Of a stretch of DNA of 64,000 bases, positions 15,098 to 25,707 are shown piece by piece. Below the pieces are notes generated by a model, which did not search any database, was not told the DNA's origin, and saw only the letters and a list, made by a program, of their open reading frames with translations. Source of the DNA: Hydrurus foetidus. Taxonomy: Eukaryota. The position numbers and the translations under genes were made by a program. Location of the stretch: positions 1-64,000 of the forward strand of contig UYFQ01000132.1 in NCBI GenBank assembly GCA_900617105.1, given 5' to 3'. Numbering within the stretch: position 1 is the first letter of the stretch; every line of letters begins with the position of its first letter.

Positions 15098-17202
15098 GAT
15101 TGCATCAGGAGTATATTCCTGAGGAAATCAACCATGTTATTGCGACAGAGTCGAGACATCGAATCAGCTATATTATTGTTAGGTCCAGGAATATATTCAA
15201 TGTTAAATGAATATTCAGATAAGGCCATAAACCATCTGACAATCATTGGATTTGAATTTTCCTTTATGTATAACAAGTTACGATGGTCTGTACGTAATGT
15301 AAACGTACGATCACGTAATAGCGATTTTAAATACGTGCACGCATAAAAGATAGCATATGCTTCTTTCTGTATGACTGCCCAACGAAGCTGAGCTTTGTTG
15401 AGTGACTTACTAACAAATGCTATGGGCGTCTCCTTTCCGTCAACTAACTGGAAAAGATAGGCACCTACACCATAGTCCGATGCATCAGTGTGCAAGTATA
15501 TCGGATCGGTGTCACTTAGAAAGTGCATAGTCGTGCATTTAGAAATCTCAGATTTGATCAAATTGAATGCTCGAAGAGCTTCTATTGTCCAAGTTATTTT
15601 CTTATATTTATTGTAGTTAAGCAACAACTGGTTCATTGGATATACAACAGTTGAAGCGTTTCTAACAAAATCGTGAAAATAATTAACCAATCCTAAAAAA
15701 CTTTTAAGTTGTTTAGATAGTACTGGTTTAGGAAAATCTAAGACATTCCGTATTTTTTCTTGTGACATTCTTAGTCCTTCAGCAGAAAGAACTTTGCCAA
15801 CATAATCTATCTCGGCGTAGCCTAGATAACACTTATTCGGTTTAAGGAATATTTTGTGTTTTCTAAAGCGTTCAAAAACAAGACGAAGTCTAGAAATGAG
15901 TTCATCAATGTCTTTACCGAATACATTGCAATCATCAATATACATTTCGCATATAGAGTATATCAACCCTGCTAGCACAACAGTCGTCATGATCTGTTGG
16001 AAGTAGGAGGGAGCTTGTTTAGGCCCAAAGGGTAAACGAGTAAATTGATATACTCCGCAGAATAGTATGAATGCAGTATAAGCGCGTGCAGCGAGTGTAA
16101 GTGGTGCTTGATGATATCCTTGAGTAAGGTCAAGTACAGCAAATATTGTTGCTCCATGTGCACCTATTCGACGCAACATCTCACCGATGTGTGGAATAGG
16201 ATGTGATGTATCTTCGGTACAATTGTTTAAGTTCCGAAAATCAATACACATACGCTTAGTTCCATCTGATTTTGGAACTAATAAAACTTGGCTATAATAT
16301 GCCGCGTTTGATTTTTCAACAATCTTATGTGTTTCAAGCTTTGTGATTTGACTTAAGATGTCAGCTTGATCAACTATTGATTTTGTCCATGGAGGTTGCC
16401 TATTTTTAGAGACTTTCCATTGGCTATCATTGACATTAAAGTCAAAAGGTGGAATATCAGCAGGAGTATGTGATAGTTCACTACTGAATATATCCTCAAA
16501 TTCGTGTACTAGTATACGTAATTTATTTTTTAGTTCTTCATCACCTGCTAAGTGTATTAGCGAGAGCGGGTCTGAATCAGGGAATTCATCCATCCAAGGT
16601 GAAAACGAGTCCTTGATCGAGTCGTCGATTTCGTCCTCATCAGGTGGTACTGCTCCAAAGAGTCTATCTGACTCTTGGATTAGCGAGGCTAGAATAACGT
16701 GTGTTTGGGCGACTGCCGGTTTCACCTTTTGGGTTAAAGGATCCACTTTTGGGGAGCCTTCGGAGGGTTGCAAATTCTCCTTAGGCAGACAGCCACACGT
16801 TATGTCCACATCTTCAGAAGTTAAAACTTCTTCTAACGGAACAGTGCCTGATGAAGCATTGGCGGATATTTGATCCGGGAATCGTGAAAACAAATTCAAT
16901 TCACGAATTGTTTTTCGTCCGATTACAAGATCGAATTTGGAGTCTTCTAAAACATAAGCCGTGATTGGAAAAGTAAAATAATTATTTATATCATGGCAAA
17001 AAGAAGAAAGAGTTAAGTCTATAGTATCAGAGATATCATAACAATGATTATCTAATCCACTACAAACTCTACACAATTTATTATTAGTATTAGAAATAAA
17101 TTGAGTTAATTTATGTGAAAGTATGGTGCGGCGATTAATAAAGTTGCCAGCGAAAGAGCCGGTGTCCAGAAGAGTAAGTACTCTATCACTTTTTCCCAAC
17201 AA
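15064..17202 (-). CDS. Gypsy pol: aspartic protease, reverse transcriptase, RNase H
   Basis: LLDTGS, RMCIDFRNLN, LDLTQGYHQ, LPFG, YIDD, TDASDYGVGAYL, TDHRNL, ADSMSR. Confidence 0.95.
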   Translation of the reverse strand: MLGKSDRVLTLLDTGSFAGNFINRRTILSHKLTQFISNTNNKLCRVCSGLDNHCYDISDTIDLTLSSFCHDINNYFTFPITAYVLEDSKFDLVIGRKTIRELNLFSRFPDQISANASSGTVPLEEVLTSEDVDITCGCLPKENLQPSEGSPKVDPLTQKVKPAVAQTHVILASLIQESDRLFGAVPPDEDEIDDSIKDSFSPWMDEFPDSDPLSLIHLAGDEELKNKLRILVHEFEDIFSSELSHTPADIPPFDFNVNDSQWKVSKNRQPPWTKSIVDQADILSQITKLETHKIVEKSNAAYYSQVLLVPKSDGTKRMCIDFRNLNNCTEDTSHPIPHIGEMLRRIGAHGATIFAVLDLTQGYHQAPLTLAARAYTAFILFCGVYQFTRLPFGPKQAPSYFQQIMTTVVLAGLIYSICEMYIDDCNVFGKDIDELISRLRLVFERFRKHKIFLKPNKCYLGYAEIDYVGKVLSAEGLRMSQEKIRNVLDFPKPVLSKQLKSFLGLVNYFHDFVRNASTVVYPMNQLLLNYNKYKKITWTIEALRAFNLIKSEISKCTTMHFLSDTDPIYLHTDASDYGVGAYLFQLVDGKETPIAFVSKSLNKAQLRWAVIQKEAYAIFYACTYLKSLLRDRTFTLRTDHRNLLYIKENSNPMIVRWFMALSEYSFNIEYIPGPNNNIADSMSRLCRNNMVDFLRNILLMQSCLLILLKNLN

Positions 17203-17387
17203 CGGCTCCTGTGAAAGAGGAGAGATGTAAAAAGGGATCAGCTCTGGATCATCGGAGAGAGTAGATGATGAGTTGAGGTTGCATAGTTGCCTACCTTTGT
17301 GTTTCTTCGAAGGGTGTGTCGAATCTGCTGTTGAAGTAGCAGACCTTGAGACGAAGAAGAGGTTGTCTTACTCAATGAACTTTTGGA

Positions 17388-18614
17388 TCAACTCAGATGA
17401 CCCTCAGAGTTGATATAGGGGGCGTCTGTACTGTTATAGTACGGAGACGAAGTGTAGAAACACGTGGCGACTATATGGCCGAGTCTCCCACAACCTGTGC
17501 ACATAGGTCGTGGAGGCCTATCAGACTTTTCAGCCTGCACAGATTGCTCGTCTTCTCGTTGACGCTTTTTGATTTGCGAATCAAGAGAAGAGCGAGGTTG
17601 GGCTTTGATCTGGCGAGAGTTATTGCCATACACAGGTGTGACATCAATGAAACGCAAAGCATCAATTGATTCACGAAGTTTTGCTAACTGCGCCAGCCAT
17701 ACGAATCGAAAGTCTTCGATCGTGATGAGTCTAGGCGTAGTGTCGTCAAGACAACGTTGTAACACTGCTCTCCAATTGACAGGTTCGACTGGCAACTTCT
17801 CGATGAGAATTTTTGTTGCCTGAAGTTGGAGAGCAGGTGTCACATCAGGGAAGGCATCAACAATATCTGCTAAAAGCTGATCTGTTTTATCTTCGACTGA
17901 TTTGTTCTTCAGGTCGAATTGAAGTGCGACCTGAGAAACTGTTTCAATGAAACTCAGCTTGTCAGTACGATTGACAGCTGATGTAGGAATTGTGAGATTT
18001 AATTCTCTACAAAACATTTGATTCGTCCAATGCTTCCAACCGTTACACGCATCACGACGAGTTGGATTCGTCGCGAATTTACGCTTGAGAAGCGTTGTGA
18101 ACGATTGATGGTTCGAAGCATGAACGACATCAATTGGTCGAAACGGAGTTCCATTTGAAAGTAGAACCTCCGTAACTCGTAAGACTTCCTGTCGAGAGGG
18201 CACGGCGCTCAACTTAGGAGCTCTCTCACCCGTTTGCACATAGTGCTGAGGTGGTGCCATCGAACGTGGAATCTCAGCCGAAGCTGGTGTCGCAGACGAA
18301 TCTGGTGTCTCAGCCGAAGCTGGTGTCTCAGCCGAAGCTGGTGATAACGTTAGAGCGGATAAAGCAGATAAAACAGGAACATCAATGACAGACGAGACCG
18401 CAGGCTCCGAATTCCGCTGAGGAATCGGTGCAGACAGGTCGCCGGCGGGGTCCTGAGCCGCAGGTGGCCCAGGAGACTCGATGTTATCTCCTCCACGATT
18501 GTGGTGCTCCTCGTAACGTTGTCGGAAGGCGACGGCGACAGCTCTAGGGGGCTGTCGTTGTCGGCGAAGGGAGTTGATGGTGCTAATCCTCTTGTCCTGG
18601 CGTCGGAGAGCCAT
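17388..18614 (-). CDS. Gypsy gag
   Basis: First ORF after the 5' LTR; CCHC knuckle CTGCGRLGHIVATC. Confidence 0.85.
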   Translation of the reverse strand: MALRRQDKRISTINSLRRQRQPPRAVAVAFRQRYEEHHNRGGDNIESPGPPAAQDPAGDLSAPIPQRNSEPAVSSVIDVPVLSALSALTLSPASAETPASAETPDSSATPASAEIPRSMAPPQHYVQTGERAPKLSAVPSRQEVLRVTEVLLSNGTPFRPIDVVHASNHQSFTTLLKRKFATNPTRRDACNGWKHWTNQMFCRELNLTIPTSAVNRTDKLSFIETVSQVALQFDLKNKSVEDKTDQLLADIVDAFPDVTPALQLQATKILIEKLPVEPVNWRAVLQRCLDDTTPRLITIEDFRFVWLAQLAKLRESIDALRFIDVTPVYGNNSRQIKAQPRSSLDSQIKKRQREDEQSVQAEKSDRPPRPMCTGCGRLGHIVATCFYTSSPYYNSTDAPYINSEGHLS

Positions 18615-20528
18615 TGTCTTCGACTGTCGGAAATGAGTGATGGGATTTGAAATTGATGGAGCGGAGAAACGAATTTCTCACGAAAAAAAGCTTCGGTATC
18701 GACCGAATATCGATATTGTGGTCTGGGGCGGGGCCTAGGACGTTGGAGCTGATGTTGGTGGGCGGTTAGTGCAAGCGGTGGGCAAGGAAGGTGGTAGTCG
18801 GTGGAATAGACTTGTGTTAGTATCTTACAGCTGAGTATATACAAGTGATGTGTACGCTAAGTGCTCTAACGTCATATATGGAACTAAGACCTAAAAGTGG
18901 AATCTGGGCGTAATATACCTATTGTACCTAGTTAACCTAGACACATTGTATCCCCTTAGGAATGCAATAAGGCTACAGAGATGCAGCCTTCAAAGTGGCT
19001 TTTAATTCGATGGCATCATCATTTGAATTACCTACCAATGACTTATTACAGAAAAGAAAAGCTCTCGAAATCACTGCTTACACAACACTGTACACAAAAT
19101 TTTATCTACCTAGCAAGAAGAACAAGGAATCTCATCCGTCTCATCCAGCTTAAGCTAATTATACTTATCTGATATATATTAACTCATTTTTACTCAATGC
19201 TACTGCCGTGCACCTTACTTCTGACCGACGAAAATATTTACTTTACAGCGTAAATCTTAACTACATGATCGACTGATGTATTCAGAAAGGCACAATGATT
19301 CTCTCGGCTCATTTATGGCTACAATCACGGTGACTTTTCGCATAGGTTAACAATCACGGTACTTCCAAAGTGCGGTTTACAAAACAGAGCTCACTGTTGA
19401 AAGAGCATTAGATAATTAATTAACATCATATATTGTCTCTGTATGACATCGAAGGCAGAGAATTTGAGATGAAAGAACGAGACATGAAGAAAATAATCAT
19501 ACAATTCGTGAAGTCTCTGATTCAGCCTAATAGCGTAAGGGATAAGTCAGATTATCAAGAGGCAACGATAGAGAATGATGATAAATGTGCTTGGGGATAA
19601 GAATAAAAACGTCGGTAGGAGCAAATGTGGCCGCGGTCGATTTGGCGAGCATCTCAACCTCATATCCAAGAGTTCTTCACACTGGATATTTAAACTATTG
19701 CCTCTCCGAGTGCAACAGATGGCACAAAGTGGTCATCCCAGAATGATGTAGAAAGCTGCGTGCCAAACGAGATCCCTTCAAGGAATTGGTATTCCTCCCA
19801 AGAAAAATTTGCCAGAGTTTCCCCCGTTTCCTGATAGGGAGCCAGGAAGGAAAATATGAGTTACGAGAGAAGGTTGTGTCGCGCAGTCAGTCTTCTATTC
19901 CGAAATGACAAGTCGATGGAGAGTAGGACCGAATCGTCGTCGCAGTCGCCACTATCCCCGGAATCTATGGACGGACGCTTCAGATAACAGTTCCGAACAG
20001 AGGCAGCACAGTCCAATTTTGGCTTCCAAGGCTCTGCTGTGACGGAGAAAAATGTCACATAAAGTTGGTCCTATTTCGACAGGATCCTCAAAATTTCAGC
20101 CCCATCGGTGAAACTTTTATTGTGGAAGTTGTGTCTATTGTGATCGCTGCGGAGAGACATCCGCGAAATTGAGAGCAGCAGCGCAGAGTACCACCAAAGT
20201 TTGAGTGTGGAGAAATTTTTGGACCCAGGGCTGGAATCTTTTCAACTTTTTCAGAATTATGTACATAATTTCAATTGTACACCACATAATTCCTCACTTA
20301 ATTTCCTCAAAGTTGAACGATTTTTTCAACTCTGGCTTGAAAAGTCGACTATTTTTCAACTTTTTCCGCTTATGTAGAGCTTGTGGCCGGTGCCTTGGCC
20401 GACCGGTCATCTTTTTGATGACCGGCCAATCTGCACCTACCATATTAGGGGTAAATCTACCGAAATATAGGGTGACTTTCCAGAATTTTAGGGGTAGCTC
20501 ACAAAATTCTCGTACTTTTGGGGGGTTA

Positions 20529-20697
20529 GGCTACAATTCACGGGAACGCTAAAAAGTTTTCCCATATAATTATTTTATGGTAAGGTTCGAAATTTACCCT
20601 AAACTACCCCTTTATATGGGAAAGTTTCCCTTTTTCCGCATATTTTATGGCAAAAAATTATATGGGAAACTTTTTAGCGTTCCCGTAAATTGTAGCC
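20529..20697. mobile_element. 169-bp Harbinger-type MITE, copy 1
   Basis: ~42-bp near-perfect TIR GGCTACAATTCACGGGAACGCTAAAAAG..., TTA TSD on both sides; second copy at 54254. Confidence 0.92.
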
Positions 20698-21324
20698 TTA
20701 TTGCACGGTTTTGGGTACCGTCAAGTGCCTGATTTTTTGTATTTTGTTTGGGCGGTGGACGGTCGAAAAGTGGAAGTAGAGCCTTGTCAGTCAGTTATGA
20801 TAGGGATATCAACAACCTCATCTGTTATCATAGCACAACTTCTGAAGCACTCTAAAGTAGCATATCTAGTCTTTTGCGAAACCTGGCTAGGAGTCTTGAA
20901 TTTCTTGTCGCTGCCGGCGAAATCTGCTCGAGTGAAGTCTGCTCTTGGAACTCCTTGGGAACGTCGACAATCAATTTCAAACTTTGATAGCACCTCTGTG
21001 AACGAAGAATTCATCGCGCCAGAGTAAGGAGTCGCAGGAGCATAGAAATGCCCTTGAAGCATCTGTTTCTGCAATTACGTCGAGAATGGCAACTAATCTG
21101 AGTTCTCGACTCTTAATTTTAGGATGCGAGCTGTTCTCAAGTTTTCTTCACGTGGGAAAGGCACTTTTGCTCTCAGGAGGGATCTGAAAGTTCTGAAGAA
21201 CACTGTTTGTGATGTGGAAAGGGATCCTAACAATTTGTCTGGTTAGTCCACGAGAAATATTATGGCATTTGGCTGCTTTTAAAGTACGCAGTGTAAATAT
21301 CGCAGAATTCGAAATACTTCTCAA

Positions 21325-21720
21325 ATGCTTCGCGGAGAAATTGAAAATACACCATGCGCAAACATTCTAATCCAGATATTTAAATGTACAGACTCTAATT
21401 GTTTTCGGATCCTGGCGCCGACCAACTTAACGCCGCAGGATCCAGCGTCATTCGACCCTGGTGCGCACATAGGGCATGTCAGCAGAGATGCTGCTCAAGT
21501 CATGAGTGACTTCATGGATGACTCTATAGATATGATTTATGAGAATAATACTTACGGGCACGGCTTCATTTTTGTCTGTCGATTGAGGGAAGATACAAAT
21601 CATACTGCTGATGGATATGCTATTGATGTTGTTGTTCTTTCAATTAATTCCGATTCTTGGACTGACTTATTCGTGACTGTCTTGAGAGAAAAGGGCATTT
21701 TTTGCACAAAATTGAATTAA
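21325..21720 (+). CDS. Small ORF inside the pogo-like element, possible HIRAN-like domain
   Basis: 131-aa ORF; DSNCFRI...HIGHVSRDAAQVMSDFMD resembles the HIRAN pattern D.NAI.V...IGY/HVPR..A..LA..LD. Confidence 0.4.
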   Translation: MLRGEIENTPCANILIQIFKCTDSNCFRILAPTNLTPQDPASFDPGAHIGHVSRDAAQVMSDFMDDSIDMIYENNTYGHGFIFVCRLREDTNHTADGYAIDVVVLSINSDSWTDLFVTVLREKGIFCTKLN

Positions 21721-21748
21721 ATACACAATCACTTTGAATGTCACGCTC

Positions 21749-24521
21749 TTAATTATCTATTTCCCCTTCCATTTCTCTGTTATCTTCTTCATCTTGGTTC
21801 TCTTCTTCTTCAATTCTGTCAATACTTTCTATGTACCGCGCGTAAAGCCCCCTCTCAAAATCAATTTCTTGATTGGCATCTGAGAATTCATCAGCCACAG
21901 TTTCACTCTCAAAATCTAATGTGCCCTGTGGTATGACAGGTAGTGTTCCAGATGAGGCCGCTTTCTCGTACGTGACGAAAGTGGGTGGCACTGAAACATC
22001 TTGTGACTCCTGCGGTAAAGTTCCTGTCTTGATAAATGATGCGTTAATGCATCTTTGGAATTTTTCCTCTGTAAACTGTTCTTGGAATAATAGAATAAGA
22101 TCCTTCATTCCCTCTAACATCGTAGGTTTTGTTGGGGAAAATTGAACGTTCCTACGCTGATCGAGTGGGAACTCCATATCAGCTAGTCTCTCCCTCTTAA
22201 ATTCCTGGAAGCTCTCATATAGTCTCATTGCCCTCTTGTTCTTGATGTGGGCTTTGATAGGTCCGTTCACAACCAGATCCAGTACATGTTTGGGGGTAAA
22301 AATGCGACATCTACCATTGTTTCAGCGATAACACTTTTGACACTGCTTGTTTTGTGGCTTCCACAATTGTCGCACCATATCATTAATTTGCCGAATAGCT
22401 CCTTAATTGGCTTCATCACTAACTCAAACCACATGACCATCCTCGTTGTGTCATTCCAGGCTTTGAGTTGGCTGGTGATCACATGGCCAGTGACCGTATG
22501 CCTAAGGTACGTACATCGATGTAGAGCTGTGACACCTTTGATAGTTAGTTCTTTTTCCCATACGCTTATTTCCCAACCATCTTGTGCTGTGAATCCTTTT
22601 TTTTGAAAAGCTTCGAGATAACTTTCATTCTTGTTTGATCCGGCCTTGCTTCAGAGCTAACCGAGTGCTTGATGATCAGCATCAAGGGAGCGAATTTGCC
22701 CACAGCGTTCACTGCTATCACTGCAGTAATGCGCAGCTTCGTATTTGAAATTCCGATGTTCGTGGCTCGCTGCTGGTCAGTGGGACAGAAGATGTGGGTA
22801 GGTCCGATGGAGTAAGTGAAGGCTGTTTCGTCGAAGTTATAACAGGTGTGCGGTTCATGACTTTTTTCGACGTACATACTTTGGCCTATTTTCATTATTC
22901 TCACTATTTCTGCATCTGTTGGAAGATTTTTATCATCACACGTTATTTTTCTTCTCGACATCCCCCCACGTTTTAAGAAATTTTGCACCCACTTGTTGGA
23001 AAAAGTCAAACTGCTTATTTTGTTTTCAGCACACCACTTCTCACTTTCCTGTACGCTTTTGGCGGCAGTAATCACGATAGCGTAAGAATATGTGACATTC
23101 AAAAGCACTCTGACAACATCGTTCTGTGGAGCATAACATATATTTGAGATTAGGTTAGTTTAGTTCTGCCGAAGAATACGTTACACTTGTCAGATATTTG
23201 TTACCTTTTCAAAAACAGTTAACATTAATTTTCCCCAAACTTCTTTTTCAAAAACTTCAGTTAGTTTGGGTCCTCTTGTTTTCTTGTTTTGATCATTTAC
23301 TTCATACCATCGAGTGATCGTTCTAGGACTAACATTTGAATAATATACATTTTCCTTCAGTAGTGATGCAGTAGTTATCGCGGCTAATCTTTCACATTTT
23401 TTTAATTGTCTTTCTCTAGCAACTTCAAGAACCACTTGGAATAGAGCTAGAATCTCACATTTATCATCCTATGTAAAGGTGATATATTTAACAGCAAAAT
23501 TTGATGCTGCTTCAACGATTCGATCTTCATCTTCTAGGTTTATTACATTTATGTCTTCGTCGCTTTCTTCGCCAGATTCTTCTTCAAATTTATTTACTTC
23601 GTATTCTTCGAAATCACTCCTATTTCTTTTTCTTAACTTCTTCACCGCCGATTCTAAATAAAATAACGCATGTTTGTCCCCAAAGGACTCCACTGCAGAA
23701 AAAAGAACTTTTTTTGTACTGTTGTAGATCGCTTTAGATCCAAGTCTATTTGGCGATTTCCTCACTTTATACTGTTTTGTCATAAATTGACTGTTATTTG
23801 TTGATGCATGACTAACATCTGTTGGAGGTGATTTTTGAGAGTCTTTTATGGGTGTTGGATTTATAGCCAACGGTAGGTATAATGTACCAAATACTGAACA
23901 CGGTGTGCCATGAATCGACTTCTCGTACCCTCCTAGCATCAAAAGTCTATTTCTTACATTCAAGATCTCTTCCAAAGTTTCAGTGTCACTCTTTTGCTCA
24001 CTCAGACTTCGGTGTGTTCCAAATTTTATCTCTATACTTCTCCTGGATTCTCCAAGGTCGAAGAATTCCAATGATTTCTTCTCATCCTGATACATTTCTA
24101 TCGCTGTGATGCCCCACTTAGACAAATGCCTTTTGAAAAGCAGCAACCCTTGCTTCAGTGCTACTGGATTCAAATGGTAGTTGGGGTGCATGGCTCGCGG
24201 CAAACTGTTCAAGATTTCTGCAATTTCCTCTGCACTCCATTGGTAATTAGTGTTAACAACATCAACACTATGACAAATAACGACTATGGCTACCATGAAA
24301 GCGCAGTAGTCAACGGTAGGGCTGTAAGTTTTGAGGTTCGCCTTCATTTCTGGACGGTTTTGAAATCGCTGTAATGTAAATTCGCTACAATTCCTTTCCG
24401 AGACTTCCACTGATATTCCCTTAATAGATATAATAAACTGTATGTCGCCGCGGTGGCGCAGTCTGTAGGATAACTCTTGACGAGAAATTTGCCATGATCC
24501 TCGCAGCCACAAAAAAAGCAC
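21749..24521 (-). pseudogene. Disrupted DDE_1/CENP-B-type transposase
   Basis: FSNKWVQNFLKR HTH, NFDET, WCDNCGSH, FLPPNM..VLDLVVNGPIK catalytic motifs. Intron 23124-23204, in-frame TAG at 23469, frameshift in the T/A run near 22600, apparent deletion near 22287. Confidence 0.88.
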
Positions 24522-25707
24522 GAGATTTTGTAAAGTCCGATTCAGAAGTGGATCAGAAGCGAAATCGCGAAACGCTTCAGATTCAAATTAAAGACTCCTT
24601 GACTTAAAAGGATCAATTTTCAGAGTTAGAAAGCATCCTTTATTGGATGTGCTGTGAATGATGAATGTTCGACATCAATGAAACATCAATGGTGATGCCC
24701 AATACTGTACAGAGGTCGTAATTCCAGAAATAAAAACACAAAAATAGGCACTTGACGGTATTTGAACCCCTTACACGGTTTAAATCATTGGCCGGCCGGC
24801 CAACCAGCCAATGGCAGAAATTTTAGGCCGGCCTGTTGTGATTTGTGGTCTCACAAGGGCATACGTATGTGCCAGTACGGCTGGTCACAAGCTCCCCACT
24901 GCTCTCTCCGAGGGCTCTTTACTGGTCGCAATTCGTTTGCGAGAGAAGAGTTGGAATCGGCTACGAGATTGGGTTAATTAGCACTGCCACAGTGCAGTGA
25001 TCGCAAGTTGTCAACGTTGTATTGGTACCAGTTTTAGTGTCTCTAGTCTACGTGTGTATGTCGTATGTCAGGCGTTTGAATCAGCATGTACGTACGACCT
25101 AGGGTTCATTCAATACGGATAATAGCATCACAAGTTGTATTTTGTATATCAGTGTGTATTTAGTATATGGTTATTTTATATGATATTACTACACACCCCT
25201 ATGATGTGTTGTTCGTATTTAATATCAAGGTTAATATAAGTGGCTATATTTTCTAATAGATTTGACAATTAAAATTTAATTCAAAAATGTTCAGGCAATT
25301 CAAGGTGTTCTTATGTCTTAACTTATGATCACCGGAATATCACGTCGGCGTCGTGTACTTATCGATCTCTGATCAAAATAATTGCATATATGTTGGTAGA
25401 ATGTAGTAGAAATAGAATGAGTTGATGTTTGGAGTTTTCATCTCTGGTCTTCAGTGTTCGCGTCTTGAGTGTTCAGGTCTTGAGTGTACGTGTCTTGTAA
25501 GTACGGATCTCCAATATGACAGTCTTGAGTCTTGAGTGTTCAGGTCTTGGAGAATGATGTTGTAGGGTAGAAGATTTCGAACGGAAAAATAGAATCGATT
25601 CAAACAGAACATAAATATTATACAATGCATAGGGTTGATTTTTGGCCGAAGTAGTAGGAAAGATTTCGGAAAAGCGTAGGTAGAAGAAAAATAATGGAGT
25701 GGAATAC

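Larger units (their letters stand above)
13316..18977 (-). mobile_element. Full-length Gypsy/Ty3 chromovirus-like LTR retrotransposon
   Basis: 261-bp LTRs 13316-13576 and 18717-18977 (TG...CA, 2 differences seen), 4-bp TSD GAGA, polypurine tract at 13577-13596, domain order gag-PR-RT-RH-IN-chromo. Confidence 0.97.
11361..19153 (+). mobile_element. Crypton-type tyrosine recombinase gene (CryptonS-like) with introns 11863-11937 and 12840-12912, a frameshift near 12650-12675 and a Gypsy insertion at 13316-18977
   Basis: YR catalytic signature WNLMARS (R), HKGD (K), SHCTRKG (HxxR), RAGW, PAY (Y); ATGIPP motif; C-terminal LWYDG..PFR domain. The reading frame resumes after the Gypsy and stops at TAA 19151-19153. 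Element termini not identified. Confidence 0.8.
20718..24758 (-). mobile_element. pogo/Tigger-like (Tc1-mariner superfamily) DNA transposon, 4.0 kb
   Basis: TIR CCGTCAAGTGCCT (13 bp perfect, imperfect T-rich extension) at both ends, TA on each side, encloses a DDE_1 transposase. Confidence 0.88.
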
